From contig CM059432.1 in the NCBI GenBank assembly GCA_030390025.1, forward strand, positions 153,452,001-153,516,000: a stretch of DNA of 64,000 nt, written 5' to 3'. A program made the translations under genes and the position numbers. Shown here one piece after another: positions 36,359 through 47,544 of the stretch. The DNA is from Squalus acanthias (lineage: Eukaryota). Position 1 is the stretch's first letter. Each line of letters starts with the position of its first letter. Below the pieces are notes generated by a model. It had not been told where the DNA came from and did no database searches. It worked only from the letters and a program-made list of their open reading frames with translations.

Positions 36359-37239
36359 TTTTGATCTTGACCATGCTCATCCCTCGCCTCCATTTTAATT
36401 CTGGACAGTCACATTTGGCACCCACTGCCGGCCTCACCAGGAGCACGGGAAGTGAAGGAGCAGCAAGACTAGAAGAGGGCTGAAAAGATAAGTAATATTT
36501 TTAAAATATTGCCTTGTGGACCAGAAGGCTTCCTTCTCCCTTCCCCCGACTGTGATCTGCTAATTCCCTGCCGCGCAAACACTTAACTGACTGCCGGGGA
36601 TCCTTCTGTGGCCTCCTGCCGCGCTCGCCCGCTGGCTCCAGATCATTGGCGCCGGCTTTGGATGGGAGTCGGGCCTAACATTTAAATGACGCTCGGGAGT
36701 TAAAATGGCCCGGGCCTCACGTCTAATACTGGCCCCACCAGCCCCATGCTCGCCCTCAGCCCCAGTTAAAATGGTGGCTCAGGAGCAGTACATTCTGCCG
36801 CTAGCACAGCTGGAGAGCTTCCTGTCCCCCAACACTTCTTGGCACAGATCCACGATGACAATTCTGGCAACATAGAAGGATTAGACATTCTGCTTCAAAT
36901 TTTTAAACAGATCAATAATGATACACAGATTCATCGTGATATTATGAGAAGAAGTATTAAAAGAAGTAGGTGAGGAAATTGTAGATGCTTTAGTCATGTT
37001 CTTCCAAAACTCTCTTAATTCAGAAATTGTCCCCTTGGATTGGAAAATTGCCAATGTCACTCCATTATTTAAGACGGGTAGCAGAGATAAAACTAGAAAA
37101 TTATAGGCCTATTGATCTAACATCTGTTATGGGGAAGTTATTAGACTCTGTTATTAGGGACAGAGTGACTGAGCACTTGGACAAATATGAACTGATCAGG
37201 GAGAGCCAGCATGGGTTTGTAAAGGGTAAGTCATGTCTA

Positions 37240-37411
37240 CAATGTTCCCGTTTAGCTAGCTGTCTGAAGCTCCCGCGCAAGCCGCTTGTCAGTTTCTGAA
37301 TGGAAAAACCGTGCATGCGCGGACGTTTGAATGGGCCGTGCAGCTCCTTAAAGGGGCCGTGCAGCTCCTTAAAGGGGCTGCGCACCCAAAAAAAAGTAAG
37401 AGGGAACATTG
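37240..37411. mobile_element. hAT-type MITE (172 bp)
   Basis: Perfect TIR CAATGTTCCC / GGGAACATTG; 8-bp TSD CATGTCTA; internal 21-bp tandem duplication GGGCCGTGCAGCTCCTTAAAG. Confidence 0.92.
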
Positions 37412-37668
37412 CATGTCTAACGAACCTAGTTGAATTTTTTAAGGAGGTAACTAATGTGGTAGATAAAGGAGTTTTATTAGATGTTATTTATATGGACTTC
37501 CAGAAGGCATTTGAAAAGGCTCCATATAAGAGATTTTTAACAAAAATGAGAGCACATGGAATTGGAGGCAACCTATTGCCATGGGTAGGGAATTGGTTAG
37601 CAGGTAGGAGACAGAGAGAAGCAATATTGGGTATCTACTCAAATTGGTAGAATGTGACTAGTGGTGTC

Positions 37669-37752
37669 CAATGTTCCCCCTAATTTTTTGGGGGGGCCGC
37701 ACTGCCCATTCACAGTTTTGTGCATGCGCAAAACTTGACATTGAAAACACCA
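37669..37752. mobile_element. Truncated hAT-type MITE (one TIR)
   Basis: CAATGTTCCCCCTAATTTTTTGGG..CATTCACAGTTT..ATGCGCAAAA matches 12273-12345; right end and adjacent CR1 bases deleted. Confidence 0.75.
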
Positions 37753-38969
37753 GTCCTTTCACTATATTTATAAATGACTTAGATGAAGGAATAGAGAGCC
37801 GTATATCCAAGTTTGCTGATGACAACAAATTAGGTGGCACAGTAAATAGTGTAGATGGGAGCAGTTGCAAAGGGACATTGATAGATTCAGTGAGCAGGCA
37901 AAACTGTGGCAGATGGAGTTTAATGTGGGGAAATGTGAGGTCATCGACTTTGGACCTAAGAAAGACAAATCAGAGTATTTTCTAAATGGTGAGAAGCTGG
38001 GAACTGTGGGGGAGCCGAGAGATTTAGGGGTCCACGTACAGAAATCACTAAACGCTAGTAGACAGGTACAAAAAATAATTAAAACGGCTAATAAAATGTT
38101 GGCTTTTATCTCAAGAGGGCTGAAATACAAAGGGGTGGACGTTATGTTAGTTATATAAAGCTCTGGTGAGGCCCCACTTAGTATATCACATTCAGTTCTG
38201 GGCCCCGCACCTCAGGAAAGATATCTTGGCCTTGGAGGGGGAGCAGCGCAGATTCACCAGAATAATACCGGGGCTAAAAGGGTTAAATTATGAGGACAGC
38301 TTGCATAGGCTAGGCTTGTATTTCCTTGAGTAGAGAAGATTAAGTGTGATCTAATTGAGATGTTTAACATGATTAAACGAGTTAATAGGGTAGATAGAGA
38401 GAAACTATTTCCTCTGGTAGGGGAGTCCAGAACAAGGGGGCATATCGTTAATATTAGTACTAGGCTGCTCAGGGGTGATAGCAGGAAACACATCTTCACT
38501 CAAAAGGGTAGCAGAAATCTGGAACTCTCTCCCCCAAAAGCTGTTGAGGCTAGGTCAATGGAAAATTTCAAAACTGAGATTGATAGATTTTGTTAGGCAA
38601 GGGTATTAAGGGTTATGGAACCAATGCGGGTAGATTGTGTTAAGGTACAGATCAGTCGTGATCTAACTGTATGGTGGAACAGGCTCGAGGGGCTGAATGG
38701 ACTACTCCTGTTCCTATATTCCTATGTACAGATCAATAATGAAACACAGTTTTTTCTAGTGGTGAAGTCTCTATATTAGTAATCAATGCTGTCAAAAACA
38801 GTCACTCAGAAGAACATAAGAAGTTGGCCATTCGGCTCTTCGAGCTTGCTCCACCATTCAATAAGATCATGGCTGATCTTCTACCTCAAATCCACCTTAC
38901 CGCACTATCCCCATATCCCTTGATTCCCTTAATATCCAAAGATCTATTGATCTCTGTCTTGAATATACT

Positions 38970-39105
38970 TGAATGTACCTTTACCTGAGGAAGGGGCGAC
39001 AGCTCCGAAAGCTTGTAATTTTAAATAAATCTGTTGGACTATAACCTGGTGTTGTGCGACTTCTCATTTTTGTCCACCCCAGTCCAACGCTGGCATCTCT
39101 GCATC
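38970..39105 (+). mobile_element. Solo PLE terminal repeat with hammerhead (38981-39018)
   Basis: UUAC-CUGAGGA-A-GGGGC(GACA)GCUCC-GAAA-GCUU-GUAA; flanked by duplicated TCTTGAATATACT (38957-38969 and 39104-39116). Confidence 0.88.
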
Positions 39106-39543
39106 TTGAATATACTCAACGACTGAGTATCCACAGCCCTCGAGGGTAGAGAGTTCCAAAGATTCACAAACCTTTGAGTGAAGAAATTTCTCCTCATCTC
39201 AGTCCTAAATGGCCGACCCTTATTCTGAGACTGTGACCCCTAGTTCTAGACTCCCCAGCCAGGGGAAACATCCTCCCAGCATCTACCCTGTCAAATCCTG
39301 TAAGAATTTTATATGTTTCAATGAGATCATCTCTCATTCTTCTAAATTCTAGGGAATATAGGTCTAGTCTCCTCAATCACTCCTCATAGGGTAATCCCCC
39401 CATCCCAGAAATCAGTCTGGTGAACCGTCGTTGCACTCTCTTTAAGGCAAGTATATCCTTCATTAGGTAAGGAGACCAAAACTGTACACAATACTCCAGG
39501 TGTGGTCTCACCAAGGTCCTACATAATTGAAGTAAGACTTCTT

Positions 39544-40137
39544 GAGGTAAAAATTGGGTAGCACCCCGAAAAGTTAGCGCCCCTGCGGCCGATTTTCCCA
39601 GTTAGCACCCCGAGAGGGAGGAGGGGCGCTACTGGAAGCGCCCCGCGGTCCCTCTTGGGGCGCTGCGAGGCAATATCGCGGCGCCATGCGCTGCGGCACG
39701 TCGCGCCGCGGTACTGCAGGCCTTCCTCCCCTTATTAAAGAGGAGTGCCGGGCTCACGGAGAACAGCCGGCACCCCGCGGGGGGACTTCACGGGGGCCGG
39801 GGACAGCAACGGGGGCAGGTGCTGGCAGGCAGCCAGCAACATAAATGGTCGCGCGCCACCTCCCCGTTAACTAGCACCGCCCCAGCCGCAGGTAGGCCTC
39901 CCTGACCCCGGCGGACATAGCGTCCGGCGGTAAGTTGGGGGGGGGCGCCACGTAATGTTACAGCCGGGGCACGAGCGGGGCGCTGCCCACGGCAATGATG
40001 TCATCGAACGGCTAGCGCCGCCGCTAACCTCCCGCTGAATTTCGCGGGAGGTGGTAGCGGCGCCACACTCAGGCGTTAGTTGATTTGCGCCCCATTAGTG
40101 CCCTAACGGGAGGCGCAAATCAACCAAATTTGCCCCC
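39544..40137. mobile_element. Harbinger MITE type I, older and internally deleted
   Basis: Ends GAGGTAAAAATTGG / CCAAATTTGCCCCC; TSD CTT; collinear with 9588..10320. Confidence 0.88.
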
Positions 40138-40817
40138 CTTTAGTCTTATACTCAAATCCTTGTGTAATAAAGGCTAACATACCATTTGCTTTCATAATTG
40201 CTTGCTGTACCTGCATGTTAACTTTCTGTGATTTGTGCACAAGGGCACCCAGGTCACTCTGAATACCAACATTTCCCAATCTCTCACCATTTAAAAAATA
40301 TTCTGCTTTTCTATTTTTCCTACCAAAGTGGATAACTTCACAATTCTCCACATTATACTCCATCTGCCATGAGCTTGCCCACTCACTTAACCTGTCTATA
40401 TCCCTTTGCATCCTCCTCACAACTTACTTTCCCACCTAGCTTTGTATCATCAGCAAACTTGGATGCATTACACTCGGTCCCCTCATCGAAGTCATTGATA
40501 TAGATTGTAAATAGCTGAGGCCCAAGCATTGATCCTTGCGGTATTCCACTAGTTACAGACTGCCAACCTGAAAATGACACGTTTATTCCTACTCTCTGTT
40601 TTCTGTCCATTAACCAATCCTCAATCCATGCTGATATATTATCCCCAATCCCATGAGGCCTAATTTTGTGTAATAACCTCTTGTGTGGTACCTTATCGAA
40701 TGCTTTCTGAAAATCCAAATACATTACATCCACTGGTTCCCCCTTATCTACCCTGCCAGTTACATCCACTGGTTCCCCCTTATCTACCCTGCCAGTTACA
40801 ACCTCACAAAACTCCAT

Positions 40818-41716
40818 GGGGGAGAAATTCAGTATCGCCCCATTTGGGGCGCAATTATCGGCCGGGCGCAAAGATTAGCGCCTGGTGCTAATTATCGCCA
40901 CCGACTGCAAACTTGACTTTTATCGCCCCTGGAGGTGATTGGAGCGCTAAATCAGGCGCTTCACACCTGTCTTAAGGCACAAAGGCCGAGGAGCGAGGCG
41001 CTACCTCAGAGCGCTGGCGAAGCTCATGTAATGTCAGTCAGCAATGGAACACACACACAATGGCACAGGCCAGTTCTTAAAGGGGATGGTTAATCTTGCT
41101 TTCCATCCACATCCTGCTCATTGCAGCCTTGAATCTCGGCCTGGAGAGACCTGCACATCAAATCTGCTGGAAAGAACAATGGAGAGTACCAGGCAAAGAG
41201 CTCAGAGTGCAGCCCCCACAGTCTCTTCTAAATCGATACAAGGAATGGCAAATCAAAATGAACCTGCAAAGTGCTGCTCAGTACCCAAAACTCCTTCACA
41301 CAACGTTGAATCTCTCCAGAAGTCTCTCTCTCTCTCTCTCTCTCTCAGAATGCGTAGTTCAAAAATGGCACCAAGAATAAAAGGCAGGAAGCGGTCAACT
41401 TTAAATAGCGCTCCCCCTTTCCCTTCATGACTGCAGAACGCTCCCCTCAACCTGTCGTTGCTAGCGTCAGGCGGTAAGGCAGGGGGCGCCACTCAATATC
41501 CACTCCGGGGCGATACCGGGGCGTTGCGCACTCGACTGACGTCACGGTCTGCCGGCGCAGGAGATCGTGGCGGTAGTGTTTAGCGCCGCCGCAAAATATC
41601 TAGTTAATTTTGCGAGCGGCGCAAACTTCGCCGCGCCTGGGCGCTAGATGCTTTGCGCCCCATTAGCGCCCTCTTAAGGCGCTAACGGGAGGCGCAACCA
41701 ACTGAATTTTTCCCCC
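40818..41716. mobile_element. Harbinger MITE type II (inverted relative to 12585 copy)
   Basis: TIR GGGGGAGAAATTCAGT / ACTGAATTTTTCCCCC; TSD CAT. Confidence 0.92.
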
Positions 41717-42959
41717 CATAGATTTGTCAAACACGATTTCCCTTTCATAAATCCATGTTGACTCTGCCCAATCCTATTATGATTTTCTAAGTGCCCCGTT
41801 ACCACGTCCCTAATAATAGAATCTAGCATTTTCCCTACTACTGATGTCAGGCTAACTGGTTTATCGATCCCTGTTTTCTCTCTCCTGTCTTTCTTGAATA
41901 GTGGGGTTACATTTGCTACCTTACAATCCATGAGACCATTCGTACCTTCAGTGAATTCTGGAAGATCAAAACCAATGCCTCCACTATCTCTGTAGCCACC
42001 TCTTATAAAACCCTAGGATGTAGGCCATCAGGTCCAGGGAATTTGTCAGCTTTTAGTCCCATTAATTTCTCCAGTACTATTTCTTTACTAATTCTAATTT
42101 ATTTCAGTTCCTCATTCTCACTGGACCCTTGGTTCCCCACTATTTCCGGAATGTTTTTTGTGTCTTCTTCCGTGAAGACAGATACAAAGTATTTGTTTAA
42201 CATCTCTGCCATTTCCTTATTCCCTATTATAATTTCTCCTGTCTCTGCCTGTAAGGGACCCAAGTTTACTTTTGCTAATCTCTTCCTTTTTACATACATA
42301 TAGACGCTTTTACAGTCTGTTTTTATGTCTCTTGCTAGTTTACTCTCGTATTCTATTTTCTATCTCTTTTTCAACTTCTTGGTCCTCCTTTGCTGAATTC
42401 TAAAATCCTCAAATCCTCAGGCTTACTACTCTTTTTGGCCACATTACAAGCCTCTTCCTTTAATCTAATCCTATCTTGAACTTCTCTTGTTAGCCACGGT
42501 TGAACCATTTTTCCGTGGGCTTTTTATCCCTTAAGGGAATGTATATTCATTGTGAATTATGAATTATTTCTTTAAATGTTTGTCATTGCTTATTTACCAT
42601 CATACCTTTTAATCTAGTTTCCCAACCTACCTTAGCCAACTTGCCTCTCACACTTACGTAGTTTACTTTGTTCAGATTTAAGACCCTAGTTTTAGACTTA
42701 AATAAATCACTCTCAAACTCAATATAAAATTCTATCATATTATGATCACTGCACCCCAGAGGATCCTTACTAGAAGGTTATTAATTAACCCTGTCTCATT
42801 GCACAATACTATATCTAAAATAGCCTGTTCCCTAGTTGGTTCCTCGACATATTGTTCTATAAAACTATCTTGAATGCATTCCATGAACTTATCCTCTGCA
42901 CTGTTACTGCAAATTTGGTTTGTCCAGTCTATATGAAAATTAAAGTCCCCCATATTTAT

Positions 42960-43415
42960 AAGAATCATAGAAATTTACGGCACAGAAGGAGGCCATTCGG
43001 CCCACCGTGTCTCTGCAGGCCAAAAAAGAACTATCCAGTTTAATCCCACTTTGCAGCTCTTGGTCCATAGCCTTGTAGGTTTTCGCACTTCAAGTATATA
43101 TCCAAGTACTTTTTAAATATGATGATGTTGGACTATAACCTGGTGTTGTGCGACTTCTCACTTTTGTCCACCCCAGTCCAACACCGGCATCTCCGCATCA
43201 TGTTTTCCTTAGAGCAGAAAAGGTTAGGGGAGATTTAATAGAGGCATTCAAAATTTTGAAGGGTTTTGCTAGAGTAAATAAGGAGAAGCTGTTTCCACTG
43301 GCAGAAAGGTCGGTAACCAGAGGACACAGATTTAAGGTAATTGGTAAAAGAGCCAGAGGTGAGATGAGAACTCTTTTTACGCAGCATGTCATTATGATCT
43401 GAAATGCACTGTCTA
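42960..43415. mobile_element. Cluster: CR1 tail (-, 42960-43120), PLE repeat end (+, 43127-43199), CR1 fragment (+, 43205-43415)
   Basis: CATAGAA..GGCACAGAAGGAGGCCATTCGGCCC; TGTTGGACTATAACCTGG..CTCCGCATC; RGDLIEAFKILKGF..TRGHRFKV. Confidence 0.8.
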
Positions 43416-44834
43416 ATACAAATCTGAGGACTAGGAAACACTGAAACATCTGGTTAATATGTCTTTATTAAATCAAGTCAATGAGATAATAAAACACTGC
43501 CCCTTACATGCAGTGTGCATGAGATAAGGTACTGATTATAACTCACATACCAAGGACTCGTTAGGAGGTCGCAAGTGTGTCGTCTTGACTGCTTACGCTA
43601 GCCTCAGCAAGACTAGGTCAAAGTCCCTAAGGAGGTCCAGTGTGTTGTATCTTTTATGGGTGTAATTACGTAGGACAAATGTGTGAAATTTCTCATCTAA
43701 ATGAGCGATATACTCAAATATCTACAGCGTTCCCGACGCAGTTCAAGGTGTTTTGCAATACAAGTATTTATGCTGTGCAATACCCCATCTCCGAGCTCAG
43801 ATCACAATGCAGATGTAAGGCTTGTTCTGAACTGCACTCCAAACTTTAGAAAAAATATTAGGATCTTCAAGCTTCCAATCGTCTACAACATTCACTGGCT
43901 AGCTCACTGCCAACCTTACCTAACCTTATTCATGCAAGATTTATTTCCTTGCTATTTGAGCAAAGACATTATTTTTATTACATGGCTTGCCTGTTGGTTC
44001 CAGCTGAGAACAGCTTGCATCTCAAAGCACACAATTCTGCACGGGGGGGCTTGACAATCTACCATATAAAATACAGGCACAGATAAAAGCAACTAAAACA
44101 AATCTGTAAAGGGCACAACGTCAACAGACAAATCTAATGTCATTCAATATCAGCAAATCCAGCTGGGTATCTGCTGTGGTTCAACATTTCTGCGCCTGCA
44201 ATTTGCTGGAAAGCAGGGTAATTTTTACTGCCATTTTCTGGTCTTAAATAAGACCCTGCGGAATCATTATTTTATCCATTAGTAACTAAGTTGTGCTGCA
44301 TTAACTTCAAAAAATGACCAACTCCTTTACTAGTCTAACAAACCTTGTACATGCTGCTTTCCACATTACACTGCGGAAATAGTTATAATTCCACTCTATT
44401 CCTATAAACTGGCTCTCTAGATATCGGAAAAACCAGTTGGCTCAATGATTCAATTTTAAAGGCACAACAGGAATTCTCATTAACATAACTTAGTATGTAA
44501 AATGCTTGGCTGAAGATTGGCATCTTGTCAAAAGACAATGAGTAAATGCTAGCTCCCTGGAGACAATAACACACTTCACAGAATCATGCTAGGCAAGTTC
44601 TCATGGCATCTATAGATGTAACTGTAGGTCAATTAAGAAAGAAATTAACTACAGTAACCTTGCTATAGCAAACATTTTCCTCTTCCAAGTATTCATTCTT
44701 TACTAAAAAGGCAATCTAAAAGTCCTTAAAAAAATTAAAATGCATGTTCTGTGCTATTATTTGTGCATATAAAGAAGCTTCATTGCATGGAACTGAAGAT
44801 TAGACCTTATTGCTGTTCACACCTTGATGGTATA

Positions 44835-45058
44835 CGCCGAACACCTCGAGTCTCTTCGCCGGGAGCAAGCGGAAGCCAAGCGCAGGCAGCGCAAGGAGCG
44901 CACATCAACCCAAGCACCCACCCGCCCCTTCAACCACCGTCTGCCCCACCTGTGACAGAGACTGTAGGTTCCGCATTGGACTCATCAGTCACCTGCGAAC
45001 TCATTTTTAATGTGGAAGCAAGTCATCCTCGGTTCCGAGGGACTGCCTAAGAAGAAGA
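44835..45058 (+). mobile_element. RTE-clade LINE 3' end
   Basis: Encodes ..AEAKRRQRKER.. and C2H2-like TVCPTCDRDCRFRIGLISHLRTHF*, then a short UTR ATCCTCGG..CGAGGGA ending in (AAG)n. Confidence 0.8.
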
Positions 45059-45063
45059 TATAT

Positions 45064-45206
45064 TAAGAACATAAGAAATAGCAGCAGGAGTAGGCCATTT
45101 GGCACTCCGAGCCTGCTCCACCATTCAATAAGATCATGGCTGATCTTCTACCTCAGCTCCACTTTCCTGCACTATCCCCATATCCCTCGATTCCCTTAAT
45201 ATTCAA
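45064..45206 (-). mobile_element. CR1 3' tail
   Basis: TAAGAACATAAGAAATAG..GGAGTAGGCCATT..GATCATGGCTGATC. Confidence 0.85.
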
Positions 45207-45218
45207 TATTGCTCCAAT

Positions 45219-45562
45219 TAGGGTTGCCAACCTTCCATGATTTTTCCGGAATCTCCAGGAATTAAATATTAATCTCCTGGACACTGCTGTGAGAAAACAA
45301 GAGAAAAGTCATAGAAGCATTTAAATAAAATTGTGTGTTTTTCTTCATTTTCTTTGAACACTTCCATTTATTAGTTAAAAAGGCTGACTGACTGACAGTT
45401 AAAAATCATCCAATTGAGTGCTGCTCGCTTTCCAATTGGCAAAGGCATGGGGAGGGACGTGTCAGGTGACCAATGGCGGGAGCATGGGGGCGGGGCGGTC
45501 GGAGACAGGCGGTCATGTGACGAAACCTCCAGGAATACATCCAACCAGAGTTGCCAAGCCTA
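45219..45562. mobile_element. hAT-like non-autonomous element
   Basis: TAGGGTTGCCAAC / GTTGCCAAGCCTA imperfect TIR; right subterminal AAACCTCCAGG..TCCAACC.GAGTTG shared with 50507..52030. Confidence 0.65.
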
Positions 45563-46031
45563 ATGTTTGAGAAGCAGTAGTATGACTTTTTACAACAAAC
45601 AAAACATTAATATTATGCACAGGGACATCACAAATAGGAAGTCTACCTGGCTGGATTGAGTTATTGGGGATAATTTTACAAATCTGTAGGACAATTAAGA
45701 AAGAAATTACAAATTGGAAGTTTGGACACGTGTCACAATCTAATCTTCCTAACGGAGGGAAAATGGTGGTGGGCAAGGGGAGCTGGGGTTACGCGCACAA
45801 ATGATGCCCTCCCGATGGGTGAAACTCGCACAGGGAGAGGGAATTCATAAAATTACCAACATTAGGTCTTCCTTACCCATCAGACAGGTTTTGCACTCCA
45901 TAGCCAGCATCAAATCATTTGTGTATGCTTTTGTTGCCTGATTCTACAGAATGCTTATTGTTGCTACACATTTCATACTATGATTACACTGTAAAAGTAC
46001 TAGTGGACAATCAGTGTCTTCTAAACAGTAC

Positions 46032-46432
46032 TGACCCGAAATTCCAGACGCCCCACTTGCTAGTGCAAATGCGGCGGAGTTAAGTCCCCATTCATCCATG
46101 TATCAAGACATAGACCCTGTCCCAAATTGCAGAGAAGGGTTCATCTGCAAGGCCAGGGCGGGCCACCGCCTGCGAGGGGACTTCAGCAGCACTCATCCCC
46201 ATCGGCCCTCGTGAAGCCGAGTAGTTCACAGACGGTCTACCGGAGCTGCCCTGAACCAAAGAACGAAATCATTACAAAAGAAGAAGTGCCATCTCCCTCC
46301 ACTCCCCACCCCACCCAGCAGAAAATGGCCATCGCTAATTAACAACCAGAATTTTAATGGAACCGAATTCTACCCCAATTTCCAGCTGCAGGTGGGCCTA
46401 AGCGCCCTTGCCCTGACTAGAATTTCAGGTCC
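46032..46432. mobile_element. Degenerate Harbinger-type MITE
   Basis: GACCCGAAATTCCAG / CTAGAATTTCAGGTCC inverted ends, followed by TAA. Confidence 0.5.
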
Positions 46433-47544
46433 TAAGTGCTTTAATAGTTATCCTGAAAGCAATTTTAGTAATAGTGAGAAGCCAGTGACCTTATGCAATC
46501 TATCAACTCGTGTATTTGATTTGATTAGAACTTTATAACATAAATCAACGTCTTATGGATAACTATAGTAAAATTAACCCACGGTGACTGCAGGTGAATT
46601 ACTTGAACCAGATGGGAATGTAACTGCTGAGGTATTAATGAGGCATGCAATGGTTAGAACATAATTCACAGGATTGGGATCTTCTTTGACTGACAGAATA
46701 GCTAACCTATCAAAAGCCATTCTGCAGCTGAGAAGGCAAGACCTGTATGATGTACACAAGGTTAAAATGGAAAATTTCCAGCACCAATTAATAGAGGGTA
46801 AAGGCAGACCGAGGACATCGGCATTTACTTAAAGCTCAGCTTCGGTTAAGTGATCGAAAACCTTTGCAGTTTCTTCAAAATCTAATTTTTTTTTCTGTGC
46901 TTAATAAGCAAAAGGAAATCACCATAAAGCCCTGTGCTTTACTGACGTTGGTTCTGTTTTGTGAGGCTCTGCCACGTTGGGGGCAATCATGGCTAAAGAT
47001 CACACGAGTTAGCCTGAATTCTCAATTCACAATGGACTACATTTGGTGGTGATGAAAAATGACAGCATTTCCGAATCTGCCCTGATGGCTATGGCAGGCC
47101 TCAGTAAAACTTTACATTTTTATTTAAGATTGGCCCTCGCTGGATCATGCAGCTTTCTCACCGGCAGCACTGCTTGACCATGTGAAACCAGCCCAGCAGT
47201 CCTGGATGCCCAGACCTGTAGGAGTAGGCTTCTTAAAGCTGAGTGCCGCTTTTTAATTTTCAGTGGGAAAGTTTTAGTTTATTTCTGCCAACATTGTTTT
47301 ATCTGAAATTTTCCTGCTACATTTCATTTTTGTTACTGCTTAGGTCTGACTTTTTCCCATTACAAGACCTTTCATACCAGCTGCATATCTTACAACCATT
47401 TTGTTTCCAGCTGCTATTTTGCTTGGAACAACCAAATTGAGCACGACTAGAATTCCTTAGGAATTAACACCACTGGATACATCCAAGCCACCACTGAGGA
47501 CATTTGCCAAAGACTAACACAAGGGGGTCAGTACTGTGAATAGT

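Larger units (their letters stand above)
36950..38728 (+). mobile_element. CR1 LINE RT + 3' UTR with two hAT MITE insertions
   Basis: NYRPIDLTSVMGK, QHGFVKGKSCL, YMDFQKAF, KFADDNK, WQMEFNVGKC; tail TTCCTATG. Confidence 0.92.
38810..42955 (-). mobile_element. Long CR1 LINE (EN C-terminus to 3' UTR) with three nested insertions
   Basis: MGDFNFHIDW..EEPTREQAILD (EN), RT motifs including KFADDTK, and 3' tail at 38810; interrupted at 38970, 39544 and 40818. Confidence 0.93.
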
